Of a stretch of DNA of 59,276 nt, positions 12,201 to 25,111 are shown piece by piece. The DNA comes from Folioceros fuciformis (lineage: Eukaryota). The stretch lies in NCBI GenBank assembly GCA_049999805.1, contig JBNGIO010006060.1:131069-190344 (forward strand), read 5' to 3'. How positions within the stretch are numbered: position 1 is the stretch's first letter; each line of letters opens with the position of its first letter. The position numbers were made by a program, and so were the translations under genes. Below the pieces are notes generated by a model. That model made no database searches. It was not told the origin of the DNA and worked only from the letters and a program-made list of their open reading frames with translations.

Positions 12201-15029
12201 CTGCGGCACCTCCGAATCCTTGCTGGCTTTGCTTTTCCCGAACGACGACCTTCTCCTCAAGTTGCCGCCTTTCCGAGCAAACCTCAGCCCTGGTAGAGGA
12301 AATCCTCGACCTTCGTCATCTTCTACAGACCTTGGGCATTTGGCTGAGTCGTGGTAGACACTGATGCGAAGAAGCACGTGACCAGCAGCAGTGAATTTGA
12401 TAGCATTCCCTGCCATTCATTCATCAGGCTTCAGACACAGGCCATCCAGACTCGGTCCATGTAAAAGACAATTCCTCTGGTTCATAAATTGAAGTACCCA
12501 AGAGGTTAACGAGCACTTGTCGGAGTCGTCCAGGATCACCCTCCAAGATGTCCGGTACATCGTCGTCAACCAATGCCGCAACTGGAAAGGAGAGTTTTCC
12601 AAGAGCAAATTTACTCCAAACAGCGATGTTATCTAGTCCCAAAGAATAGGATTACATCCAGTGCTTAGGAGGATTAGAAGCTCGCACCTTCCAACCCCGT
12701 CTCCCTCACTTTTGCCCGGAAAACATCCATTGCCTCCTCGACCATCATTCGGATGTGAAACTCAATGTTGTCCAGGATCATGTGGCCAGATTGGATTTTA
12801 GCCAGATCCAGGACGTCGTTGATAAGGGAAACCAAAGCAGCAGCACTTGAGTGGGCTGTCGCTGCGTATTCCAGCTGCTGCGTGTTTAACTTTGTCTCCA
12901 ATAGCGAGGCTAGCATTCCTGTCCATATCCAAAACGGCCATGAACAACGCTGTTCTTATCTGTAAGCTGGTGTTTCTAAAGTATGTGCTGAATGTGGAAC
13001 AAGAGAAACTTGCACGAACTGCGGGTTAGGAGGTGAGCAAGCTTTGCCACACACGTTACCAAGCACGCCGTTCATAGGTGTCCGGATCTCATGAGAAACT
13101 GTCGTCAGGAAATTCGTCTTGGTTTGATTCGCCACCTCAGCCTCTGTCTTCAAAGCCTCCATCCTTGCATAGTTCTCTTCGAGTTTTTCCATTTGCTTGC
13201 CAGCGGCCCACAAAATGTAACTGACTAACACCACTAAAACTGTGAACATCAATCCCCAGGACAAAGAGTACCAGCCCCAACCGGAAAAGCTGCTTCCTAA
13301 TCTGCAATACAGAGGGCATTAACCTCAAGAGAAGAGCTGAATCAGATGCTAGCAAGAAGGGTGTTCCCCTCTCTACCTCGCTTTCGATAGCTAGAGAGCT
13401 ACAAGATTGCAAGGGGGAATCAACCTGCAGAGGGCAGTGTACCGTCGAAAGGGATCACCAAAATCCAAGGGAATGAGGGAAGTGGAATGCCCAACATCCA
13501 TGCTCGTGTATCCAATAGCTTCTCCCCTGTTTGCACGGACTGAGCTGCCAGCTTTGTAAAGGGCTATAGGCTTTGACAAGTCTGTGATGTCGTACACCTC
13601 AAAAAGGAAATCAATGCCTGCAACACAATGCAGTTGCACGCATGGAGTGCAGGAGAGGCACTGAGTTGTAAAGTCGAACACACACAGCACGTCGCGAAGG
13701 TTTGACTAAGTGCTTCAGAATCGAGATTTTGAGATGCTTCCAAGAGAGTTACCGGGATTTTGGAGCTGCTGAAGGAGGTCGGCAATAAGTGCTTCAAAAT
13801 CGAAACCACACGTAACCGCACCTAGCAGAGATGCCTCTACGCTATCCCTGTCAGCATTAGCAGCTGGCTGGTATTTAAAGACAGGGAATAGAACAGCTGG
13901 ATAAACAACATCCGACAGTGAGCATCTGCGTGAAGAACGTAAAAGCATTGCGAATCAGCGTGCGGTGCAGACTAGCTATGGTGCACATTTAGCACAAGAG
14001 TGAGGTGAGGGTAGGGACCTACCGATTCCTACATGCCCATCCAGTACCAAGGAGTAAGGCACTGTCATGACATCAGCATGGACCTGATAAATCCCCTCAA
14101 AGGCATCATAGTTTTCTGGCAACGAGAGCATGTCATAACCGATGAAAGGGTCTCCTGCCGTGTTGGAATACACGACAGCCAGGTAAAAAGGCTGTGTAGC
14201 CCGAGCTGCGTCCGTCATGATGTCTTTGATAACCAGCCCCGTTGATGTTTCAAACGAAGGTCTGTAGAAACATGGAGAACGTTGGTACCGGGACGCAGAG
14301 AAACCATGAACTCTCCACAGAACATCAGCGAGGCGGCAGGAGGAAATAGGCACCTGCCAGCTAGGCTGACATATTGTGCGAATGTGAGACTGAGAAGCAG
14401 GGGGTGGGCATAGCCTGTCTCATCAGAAAACCTTCGGAAGATACTGGGAGTCAAGCTGTTGGTGACATTGTAGCTCCCGAAGACCAGAACGAGCTCTGTG
14501 AACGTCTGGCAAACCACTTCCACCGCTGGATTAGGGTTGAGGAAGTGAGGAGAGGCATGGTAAATGCTGAAATGTCAATGCACACTCGGTAAGCTCAAAG
14601 AGGTCACACCTTAGCTATGTTCTTGTTCACCACAACCTGATCCACAAGCAAGCTAGCTCGCTCGTCGCACCAGGACTGGAGGTCTCGCTTCTTGGTGCGC
14701 TCCAGAGACTGCTTACGGCTCCACGCAATCAACGGCACCGCGATGACGCCCATGACGATCCAGGCTAGGAGAAACCTGTGCATCCAGCCCTTGCGAGCAC
14801 CGATACTTCTCGATCTGACCTTCCCTAACAGAGTTCTCAGGTCTGCGGGCGTCCACATTGTGAGAGCTGCGCATGACCATCGCTGCCCAGCAGCCTGTCT
14901 TGTGCTGCATCGCGGTTCCTGTGGCCTAGCTTCTTGTGCTCCCGCCACTTCCGGGAACAACTTAAACAGCAGGTGTGTACAATTTTTGTGGCAAGTCTTG
15001 GATGTTGAGCAGGACAAACAAGGAGTCAT
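9282..15029 (-). CDS. CHASE-domain hybrid histidine kinase (cytokinin-receptor-like CHK/AHK architecture). Start uncertain (ATG 15029 or 14858); assembly gap at 10046-10145
   Basis: TM segment + WCDERASLLVDQ, CHASE domain, second TM, H-box NFLTTVSHEIRTPMNGVLG, LINDVLDLAKI, GDPGRLRQVLVNLLGNAIKFT, EDTGTGI, GGTGIGLSI, pseudo-receiver, and receiver VVDDNMVN...VLMDIQMPEMDG...IVALTAD...GMDGYITKP. Confidence 0.93.
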
Positions 15030-15538
15030 GCAAGCGAGGCCTTGATAACGGTCAACTGTGGCAGTGAAGGGCCGTGAATCCGATCTATCCACGTAACGGA
15101 CCGCTAACGGTTTGTTACAGTACAGCATGGTTAGACCCGCCCACAAGTGACGTGCCGTCTGAGCAAGAATGTCGAGTTGGGTTTGTACTCTTAGACACGC
15201 TAACAGCAGGCATAACCACCTCTCCATCCAATGCCATGCCTTGCTTTGAAGGTCACCGTTCTGAGCAACAGTTCATCGACTCCTTGTTATCTTCATCAAC
15301 GCAAGCGAGGTGCCTGCATATACGTGATTTGGGTGTACCTGGTCCAACACAGTGTTGAATACTTTATTTCTTTACAGACATTGATGCTGGAGATGGGTGG
15401 CCAGATTCCACACGAAATCAATAGTACTACGTAGGACTCTTCCTCAAGGCAATCTTGAGGCCACATAGTTGGGACACACTTTCTGGATTCGGGTACAAGC
15501 AGGTTGCCATTGATCGAGCTGGTCTGACCTTCATGTGC

Positions 15539-17878
15539 TCACCAAAGTTTGGATTTTGTGGTGGTGCTGGGCGCAGCCACATAGGCAGCTTTGTATTCTG
15601 TGGGGAGAGTGCCGAACACTCTGTCCCACATGGTCCAGGTCATAACACCAAAGCCTTCAGATTGCACCTTGAAGTGGTGGTTTAGGTGGTATCTCTGCAC
15701 AGCGTCACCCGAGAGGAGGCTTACATGAACAACTGCATCGGGATCCCCACAAACAAGAGAGTCCAGATCTGGACATGCACGCACTTACAGACCTTCATCT
15801 TGCGTGATACTTCATTGAATGCAGACCCGAAGTGGAGGAAGTAGTGTGTGAGGTCATAGCAGACGTAGCCCAAGAGCGACCCTGCAAGCCCGGCTGCACC
15901 GACTGCGGCTGGGATTCTCAAAGTCCGAATGATACCCCAGAGCTGCAAGGATATCCAGGGGATCTTAACGAAAGCCAATCACTGAGCAGCGAGTGGTTGG
16001 TAGCAACAACGTGAACTTCAAGGCTTGTCACAGTGCATGCACGCTTGCAGCTAGCTGTAAGCTGTTGGACTCAGTTGGAGGCACCTACCACACACAGGAT
16101 TACGAGAGTGAAAGCCGGAGGAAAGACCAGGCGAGACCCATCCATGGGGTGTTTGTGGTGGAATCCATGGATAATATAATGGAAGGTGTTCCACCTGCAC
16201 AAACACACGACCTCCAGGTCAGTATGAATGCGGAAGCGGTTGTCGATAGCCTGCGGCATGTGTGTAGATGGACGTCCTCGGCACATGACAAGCCAGGAAG
16301 GAAGGCGTAGCTTTTAGCCGTGAAAATTTACCAGTAGGTGGAAGTGGAAACGTGAAAGACGAAGCGATGCAAGCAGTACTCGAGCAGTGTCCAGAGGAAG
16401 AGGCCGGTGAGGAAGGTGGGTAGAAGCGCTTGCGAGGGCAGGCCGGCGTGAAGGGAAAACAGCGTCATGCAAATTATGACTGGAATCCAGACGAGAGGGA
16501 CGGCCCACCATTTTGTCTGCGTGAAGAACTGCACTCAGGGACCCACGGACAACGGAGTGAGCACCTGGTGTGCTGGACAGGACAAAACCTCCATTCCTCC
16601 ATAATCCAAGTATTTTTGAGGGGAGCTGATTTGGTTGCATGGGCTAGCTGTAGATGAGCGGGTTACCTCGAGATAGTCGCTTTCGAAGAAACGAGGGGCC
16701 TCTTTCCCTATCACAGGATCGTGCACCCAGGCGTCATACCTGTCGCCCAAGTACCCCACCTACAATAGCAGACGCTGGTCAGAGTTAGGACGGCAACCAA
16801 ATCAAAAGCCTTGGCCCAGCTTCGCGCCGGACTGTGACTTCAGGAGTTGTGGACAGGGCCAGCTAGCCCATCCTGTTGTGCAGCCTTCGCTGTCCAGACA
16901 GACGTAATCGGCCATGGGTGTGTACCTGGCACACGATAGGCTTGCTCAAATCCACTTGGAACAAACGACCCTGGTCCTGGCCTTCACCTTGCTTGCGCTG
17001 GTATCCCAGATCTGATCCTGTGTCTTCTAGAGGCGACCTGTTCCAGCCCACATGTACGTACAGGAATCGCGATTCAGCTGCAGGCCCTCCTAAAGGACCT
17101 GAACGAAATGCTGTGGACCTGTGAGAGAGCGTCTGTACCCGTCTGAGTGTGCACGGGAATCGGGTGAGCCACCGGGTCGCTCCTGTTGCACACGGCCCAC
17201 GATAAACTGTTCCAGCATCCTGAAAGCTGCCTTGCTGTGCGAATGCAGCTCCTTCTCCGACTCCAGGTTGCCTCCTTCGCCCTCCTTCCCACTGGCCTTT
17301 CTCTTCCCTCGCATCAAGTCTCCTGCATCCTGCCCCTGCAGGCAATTCAAGATTACCTGCATCGAAGCCGACCGCACCGAGCACCAAGTCAGAACCTCTG
17401 ACTACCCACAAAAAAAGAAAACACGTAGACCAGCTAGCTCGTTCCTAAACATTTTTATCGTCCGCAGCAGTCGCAGCAACCGCGGACGAAGCGTGCTTGA
17501 GCCTGGTCTTACATGGTGACCTCCGGGATGCGTCTCCAAGAACACGGTGACATCGTAGACCTTGCCATCGACCACTATCCAAGCATCGTCCGCGGTGCAG
17601 TGCTGCTGTATCTCCGCCAGGCTCACCAATCGCACGGCGCCCCTTCCCTTCCCTTCCTTGCCATTCTCCCCCGCAGCAGCAGTAGAAGCAGCACCCGCAG
17701 CAACAGCCCCTCCTTCCAATGCTGACGCCGACGCAGCCTCCTGAGGTGTCCCCGCCTTGCCGCCACCCTGCTGCAGGAGGTGGCCATTGGCATTGACAGC
17801 ATTGGCAGTGGACGCCGAATGCGGCGCCAGCGCCACGGTGATACCGCCCACGATGCTGGCACTAGCGCAGGGGGCCAT
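15539..17878 (-). CDS. FAH: Sphingolipid fatty acid 2-hydroxylase (FAH/SCS7/FA2H type) with N-terminal cytochrome b5 domain
   Basis: b5 motifs [23 protein letters not shown] and [17 protein letters not shown]. Hydroxylase His boxes [29 protein letters not shown] and YHLNHHF; C-terminal WDRVFGT. Confidence 0.93.
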
Positions 17879-19641
17879 GCCTACCCAAACAGCTGCCTGG
17901 CTAGCGCTAGCGAAGAGATCCTGTGAAAGGGTCAGAGAAAAGCAGCGGAGCCGATCGGAGCTGGCTGCAAGGCTGGCCCTTTCTTGTTCCGGGCTTTGAG
18001 GCGGGGAGGGTAAGTGAGCTCGGGCTGGGCCTGGGGCTGGCCGCAGCTGGAGCCTGATGCCCGTGGTGGCAGAGGCCGGTCCACGCCGAGCCCTCCTAGG
18101 TAGACAACCTCTCCACTCCCCGGAAGCAATTGCAGCCAGGAGAGAGAAATGAAATCGTCTCGTCTCGCCTCGTCCCTACGGCCTGCAGCAGCAATGAATT
18201 CGCACGACTGCACGGACCAGGCTGCGGGCCCAAGCCTGCTCTTGCACGCCGCAGATTGACCAGACCGTCCTCGTCCAGCTGCTGTCTCCCTTATTGCCTT
18301 GGAAGGAGGCACACCAGCATCTGGTGGAAAGAAAGCCAGAAGCTGTAGCTGGAGCAAGAGCAGCAGCAGGAGCGTGAGCGTGAGCTTCAGACACCTTACT
18401 CCTGTCGTGAGTCGTGACTGATTAGAGCACCGCGATCATAAAATCACGCTGCCTCGCGCTCGCATTGAAGACGGGAAAGTGGCGCGGGTGCTATTATACC
18501 TCTCAACCCACCTGGTTGGCCACCCCGGGCTCGAACCTCCACCGCGAGTCAAGCAGCCGGGCTGGCTGGCTGGCTGGCTTTGACAGTATGCAGTGGAGAG
18601 CATCTCCACACAGCGTCACCACGGCTGCGACATCCCGCTTGCCATGCGTACAGAAACAGTACGCAACGCTGGGTTCGGGAGGTTCCGATCGGCTCCTGGT
18701 CCGGGATAACGACCTCACATGGCGTTGTCAGGTACTGGACGTTTGCCCGCGGGAGGTCCAGCCCAACCCCAACGTTCTTGCCTGCACCCAGGCCGCTGCT
18801 GGCTGCTGGCTTCTGGCTGCTGAGCGGTGTGCAGTGTGGGCGCATGTCGGACCCGGAGCCGGGCCCCGGCCACCGGTAGCACCCGATTCCACACGCCTGC
18901 GTGCAGAGGAGCGCTTTGTAGGTAAGACAGATCATCAACTGCTTCTGTTTTGTTGTTACGGGTAGATCGACTCCATCAGAAAGCCTTGACTCTTGTGGAT
19001 CCATCATGTTCCATGACTCCCCATGCCGATGCAGTGCCAGACTGCCAGTGGTGGCACCATCACGTAAAGGTCTGCGGCTGCGGATGCGACTCCGACTGCG
19101 GCTGCGGCTGCGGCCGTGTCCTCACCTCATCCATTCCTCCAACCGCGTGCTCTGCAAGCACCGAGCTTAGCGTCCCGGGACTCCCAGGAGGAAGCGTTTC
19201 CACTCTTGCATTAAATTAACGTAATAAGTAGCTGCACCTACTTCCTCCTCGTTCCATCAAAAGCCACCCACCTCTTCCCGCTTTTCCAACCGCAACCGCC
19301 CCTGGTGCTCCATCTCCCGCTTCCGTGAAACGCGCATTGCCGTCTCCACCCAATACACGAATGGCATTTTAGTCCCTTCCTGGAACTGGAGTATCGAAAC
19401 CCGGGACCCCGGGACCCGTGAGCCCGGTGCTTCCTTGAATCCTTCGCGGAGGACTGGCTGGCAGCTGCCCATGGGTGAACGCTAATGCTCGGATACGAAC
19501 GGGTGGAAGTCGGTTTGGGGCTGAACAAGTGCAATTCACATTTACGTACAGTCTTTCAAGGGTTGTATGGATGCAGTTTGCGATGACTAGACAACTACTG
19601 TGTTCGGAGAGGGGAGATCTTCACTGCATGCATGCTCACAG

Positions 19642-21716
19642 CTAACCGCGAGAAATGGATGCCACCCACTTCGTGAGCTCTTCGTTCACCCGCTCAGGCG
19701 CTTCGTCGTGAGGGCAGTGGCCTGCCGTCAGACGAACCAGGGTTGCTGAAGGATAGAGCTCCACCATTTTGTCCGCCTTCGTTGGCCCCATCCAGGGGTC
19801 CAGCTCCCCCCACAGCAGCAAGAGTGGCACCGAGAGCTGTGACAGCAGCTTGTTGAGGCTCAGGTCTGATGGCTTCAACAGTACCTGAGTCATGAGCCTG
19901 AATCATTGCCACCATCGGTCAGTTCCTTGTAGCACTAGATTGGAATCCACGTGTTTATGTCACGCGCACGAAAGGAACGCTGTTTGTTTATTTCTTGCAC
20001 AGCATTCTCAGCAGATGGAATTGGCTCTACAAGAAACCACAAGTTGCACGACTTTGCCCTAATCCACCTGTAGTAGACTTCGAAGGCGTTAGGGTCCTGC
20101 GCCGGTTGCACGATGGATTGCACCAGATACTCGTCCACATTCGACTGGTCCTTGTACACCTGCGTGGGTTGGATAATGAATGTCACACCCGACAACGCAA
20201 AATTATCAGCTGAAAGCTGGAATGGCCTCCAGATCTGCATCACCTCCTGAACGTTCTTTCAACGAACTTGGCCAAAGACTTACATTGTTCAGGACAGAGC
20301 GAATGCGAGCTGGTTGTTTTGCTTGCCAGAATGCAAACCAGATGAGCCATTTCCTGGCAACAGTCTTGACTGGAGTAATGATGAGGCGCTGGACAGCAGT
20401 CTCCTCAACCACTGCCTCCTTCTTCTCCTCGCCTGGAGTTTCGAATTGGCCAGAAGCATTCACAAGTACCAACCCAGATGTAAGATCTGGACGATTAGCA
20501 GCAGCTAGTAGTACAGTGAAACCTCCAACACTGGACCATGCACGGTGTCAGAAGCTTGCTTGCGGATTCCACCGGTCTGAGAACTTTTTGAAGTATCGAA
20601 AGGGCACTCAAGCGTGCGAAAACAGGTGCACACAGGGGAGGGATGGGGAGGGGAGCGGAGAGGAGAGGAGCGGAGCGGAGGGGAGAAGTGAAAGACTGCC
20701 ACAACTTCTAACCTGTTTCCAACCAGAGTAGCTGGCCTACCGACGACCTCCTCTACAAAATCGTTTACTTGATCCCTCCACACGAGTGCGCTGTAATCCA
20801 CAAGGGCCTTCTCCGACCACCCAAACCCTAACAAATCCATCGCATACACCTTGTGCGACTTCGCTAGCTCGGGAATGTTATATCTGCACCAAACAGTCAC
20901 CTACCCCCCTCTCAGCAAGTCTTTGCTTGAGTTGTCCAGAAGGAAAGAAAGGCAGTACCTCCAGTGAAATGCCGAGGCCCCGAACCCATGAATCAGCACG
21001 ATGGGAGACCCCTCCCCTTCAACAACGTAGTGCACCTTATGCCCTCGCCAGTTCCAGAAATTGTACCCGTCTTCCTTGAACGGAAGCCTCTCAATTCCTT
21101 CCCAATTGCCCAGCTCCAGAACGACATGTCAAGCAACCACAGTTTCCTCACACCCAACAGGTACAACAAAGAGCAGCGGAGGTCCTCCAGGACTAATGAG
21201 CAACACCTGTACTCGCCGTTGCCGTTTCCTCGCTGGAAGAAGTATCAAGCAAGGCTGAGGAGCATGCCACCAGACCTGCAGCAACCCCCGCGTTCACCAC
21301 CTGCCGCCTTGCTACTTTCAATTCGCCTACAAATGTCTCAACACACTCGCTCGACTCACATTCCTACTCCAAGTAGGCCACCAAGTCAACCAAACTCAAT
21401 TGCCACCACCAGCACCCAGTCCGACGCAGTTAAAGCAACAAACCAAATCAACAATCCTGCTGGCACCCCGCACCCGAGAGAGAAAGAAACCGCCGAGGCC
21501 TCCCGCGTCGGAGCTCGTGGACTCCAATTCCTCGACAACCCGCCCGATTCCTCCCTGCCACCGCCAGCTGCCGCTGCTGCAAACACGGCCCAGTTGTTGC
21601 ACGACATACCTCCACCCCGAGCCGACCCGCTTGCTGACCGACTGTCTCCATCTCCTTGTCGATCGCGGAAAGCCTGGTGCCGGCAGATGGCCGCCCAATG
21701 GACCAGGATATCCCAT
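19642..21716 (-). CDS. Alpha/beta-fold hydrolase (pheophytinase-related family, At4g36530-like), probably plastidial
   Basis: Spliced frame gives ERLPFKEDGYNFWNWRGHKVHY, LIHGFGASAFHWRYNIPEL, DLLGFGWS, nucleophile GNSVGG, LLWGELDPW and AGHCPHDE. Confidence 0.9.
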
Positions 21717-21858
21717 CCCGGCTCAGCGGCAGGCCATAAAACGGCCTCCATTTCTGGAGCGCGGGAACCCGGCGGCCGGGACGTATAAGCAGGTGGCTTT
21801 GCGGCCCTGTGTAGCCTGTGGCTCAGGTTGGTCCTATGGAAGGCCACTGCTGCTTGCT

Positions 21859-21930
21859 CACGTGGCCCACCTCACCCGATGCCACGTGTACGAACCAAAT
21901 GTACGATCATGAAATCGACTGTGTCACGTG
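21859..21930. promoter_or_regulatory. Three G-boxes (CACGTG) in a bidirectional promoter
   Basis: CACGTG at 21859, 21883 and 21925, within the 328-bp gap between divergent ATGs at 21716 and 22045. Confidence 0.55.
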
Positions 21931-22044
21931 CCGAGCTGCGGGGCCCGCCTCCACGGTAATTGGGCTGGAACTGGGAGGAAGCTTAAGCCGCCAGAGAGCC
22001 TGGGACGGGGCTGGCTTGCGGCAGTATTCGCGTCGCGGAGAAGC

Positions 22045-25000
22045 ATGGAAGCCCTAGGAGGATCGTCGGCGCTGTTGTCCTGCAAGAGGACCGGATCTGA
22101 CGAACACGGTGAGCGGAAATGGGAGGTGAACCCTACCGGATTCTCATCGCCTTGCCTTGTGGATGGACGCGGGTGTGGAATCGGTGCTGCATTGGCCGGG
22201 CAGGCAAGGCTGGTTGGGCTGCGGCGGAGCAGCATTTCTGGCCTGGAGATGCGTCCTGGGCGGAGGCTGAGGGGGCGGAACGTGATGCCTGCGTTGTACA
22301 GGGCCTCCGGGTCAGATAGGGAGGCCCTTGCAGGGCAACTGGGGCAGTGGTTGCAGGACAAGGGATTTCCGGATCAGGTGTGTGGTGGAATTGTGATTCT
22401 GCGGTTCTTGTTGGAGGAGTGGTGTGGGACTGACGAATGTGCCCGCTTCTAGGCCGTGACACTGAAGGACTTTGGGGATGAAGGTCTGGGCTGTGCCGCC
22501 AGAGTGCCGCTCAAGGTACTGAAATGCGTTTCCGGGGGTGAGGCTGGGGATGGTTTGCAATGTTGTGCTTATGGTTTTTGTTGTTGCGATGAAAGAGCAG
22601 CCGGGTGACGTTGCTTTGAGAGTGCCTGAAAAGTACACAGTGACAAGCGTGGATGTCGCTGCTCACCCTGTGATTGCCAGCCTTGCGGCAGGTATGTCCT
22701 CTCTTGCGTAGATTGTGGTGGTGATCTTTACGGTTTCGATTGCGGCTACGCGGTGGAGATGGGGAGAACGTCTACTGTCTTACTCTTGTTGTCGATCTGG
22801 CAGGGAGAGGAGATTTAATTGGTCTCACCTTGTGGTGCATGTATGAAAGGTATCAAGCACAGAGGTCTTCATGGTACCCCTTCCTTAGTGTGTTTCCCGA
22901 GACCACTCTGAGCCCTTTGTTGTGGACACCCGAAGAACGTCAAACGCTTCTGGCGGGATCTCCCGTCCTGGGTACACTACCGCACTTTTTCAGCTTCCCC
23001 TACATTGCTCGGAGGGTCAGGGCTTCATGCATGCGTGCGTTAGTGGGTGACGTCTCTGTCCTGTTAGTCCCACCTTTTAGACGTAGGTCGGTGTATCGGA
23101 TCGACCTCATGAGTCTCAACAAATTCCCTTTGCCCCTGCAGATGCTCGCAAGTGATTTTGTGTAGAGTTGGAAATTGTGTTGCTAGTGACAAGCGTAGTG
23201 AATGTTGGGTCCTTGGAATCTCCAGAGGAGGTTAAGCAGCGCCTTGGGGATTTGGAAGGGGCTTACGTTGAATTAAGGGATATTTTTGAGAAGGACCCTG
23301 AGGTACTGTTCAACCATGTGCACCTCGCCAAACTTGCCCCGTGGGTCTCATATATGCAGCATGTACTTGGTCTTGCGTTGCAAGCTTTGCCACTGTGTCT
23401 GATGCATGTCAACAGGTGTTCCCTCGCGCGCATTTCTCATTGGAAGCTTTTAAGCTCGCCTTCTCTATTGTTCTATCACGTGCCATTTATCTTCCTACAG
23501 TGGATGTCTTCGCTCTGGTACACGGCTATCAACTTTGTGTGTCTGTTGTGGAAGTCTATTTGAAATGAGGTCTGGACCCATAACTCAAGACCCATGAACC
23601 AGGTTCCTTATGCAGATGCTGTAAATCACAGAGGCGATTGCAATGCTAACCTAGATTTCAGCATTGAAGACCAAGCTGTAAGCTCAGAGACTCACCTGTC
23701 TCCTCATTCAACATGTGCCAGCTAGCAGACGCAACTATTAACAGTGGATTGTGACCAGCTTTTCAGGCTTTTTCATGACGTCACTGTTGTACTTGCAGGT
23801 GGTCCTGAAGGTTGATCGCAGCTACAAAGTTGGAGAACAGGTGTTTGTGACGTATGGATCAAACAGACCGAACTCAGATATTTTGATAAGGTGCTCCCGA
23901 GTTCATTTTAGTCAGCCATGACATTTATTTAGCTGCCGGGTATAGCTCTGCCACAAAGTGGGGACCCCCTAATGTCGAACTATTTTGGAGCACCTTGTTG
24001 AGGTGATCCCCATGTTGTCTTCCCAGTTATGGTTTTGTGGATGAAGCAAACAACAACGACTTCGTGGAACTTGAGGTATGCACTGGGTATTGGACAATTT
24101 GTGGTGATTTCTTTTAGAGTCCGGTGTCAATGCATTCCTATGACTTGTTGGAGACTGTCGTGTGTTTTCAGGTGGGATTAGTTGCAGCCGATGGCTTGAG
24201 GAGTTTGAAGCAACAAATAGTGGATGCTTCCAGCTTTGGTGTGACTCAAAAGTTTCCACTGTTCATCAACAGATTCCCGACACAGGTCAAAACATCGGCT
24301 TCAGAACCAAAGTTTTTTTTTTTTGGGGGGGGTCTCCTATTATGGGAAATCTAACATGTTGCCTTCGTTCCGAATGACCTTTGACAGTTGTTAACTTATA
24401 TGAGGCTTGTGAGGGTGCAAGATCCTGCCCTTTTTGCGAAAATAGATTTCGAAAAGGATGTCATTGTCGATCAGGTATCTCAACCAGTCGGTCATTGAAG
24501 TGCATTTGCAGCTTCACATGCAAGAGTACCACCTGACAAAGAGCTGGGGCTTCTCAAGGCAAATGAGTATGAAGTGCTGATGCTTCTGATGGGAGAATGC
24601 CGCTCGAGGCTTGCTAGTTATCAAGGAGGCATTGATGAGGAAATTCGTCTTCTGAAACAGGTATAGTCCAGTTTCTCATCGTAAAGAATCTGGCTAAGGT
24701 CTCACTCTCCAGTGGTGGATCAGCGATTTGTGGCTCACTGTCATTTGTGGCCCTGCAGAAACTCTCTCCGAAACAAAGAGTGGCTGCCCAATTACGCTTA
24801 GCAGAACAGAGAATATACAGCAACACCATGGGAGCGCTTCGAAGCAGACTGGCACCTATTAGAGGAATACCAACCAAAGGAGGAGGCTTGAAAGTGAAGC
24901 TCTTGGCTGTTCTCTCAAACCTCCATTCGTCGCCATGTCTGAGTTGCTGCTCTCTTGTGGTACAGTTTGCGGAGTCCGTGTTTTGACCCCCCCCTCTACG

Positions 25001-25111
25001 GTGCCGCCGTGGGTGCAGGACCCCAACTCTGATATCAAGGAGATGTTCGACATGGTGGAGCAGGTCGCTTCAGCGCCAGCGAAGCTCTTTTCCAAACTAT
25101 TCCAGAAGTAA
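22045..25111 (+). CDS. SET-domain lysine methyltransferase, Rubisco-LSMT-like (SET plus substrate-binding domain), probably plastidial, ~14 exons
   Basis: LGQWLQDKG, GLGCAA, SSWYPFLSVFP, SPLLWT, AFSIVLSRA, ALVPYADAVNH, GEQVFVTYG...YGFV, LLTYMRL; ends ...LFSKLFQK*. Confidence 0.9.

Noticed and set aside
15947-15954. ATATCCTT (U12 donor-like) in the FAH gene
   Set aside because: It lies at the 3' end of an ordinary GT-AG intron, not at a donor position.
18400-19550. Several short ORFs between FAH and the hydrolase
   Set aside because: No recognisable motifs or consistent exon chain; likely promoter/UTR sequence.
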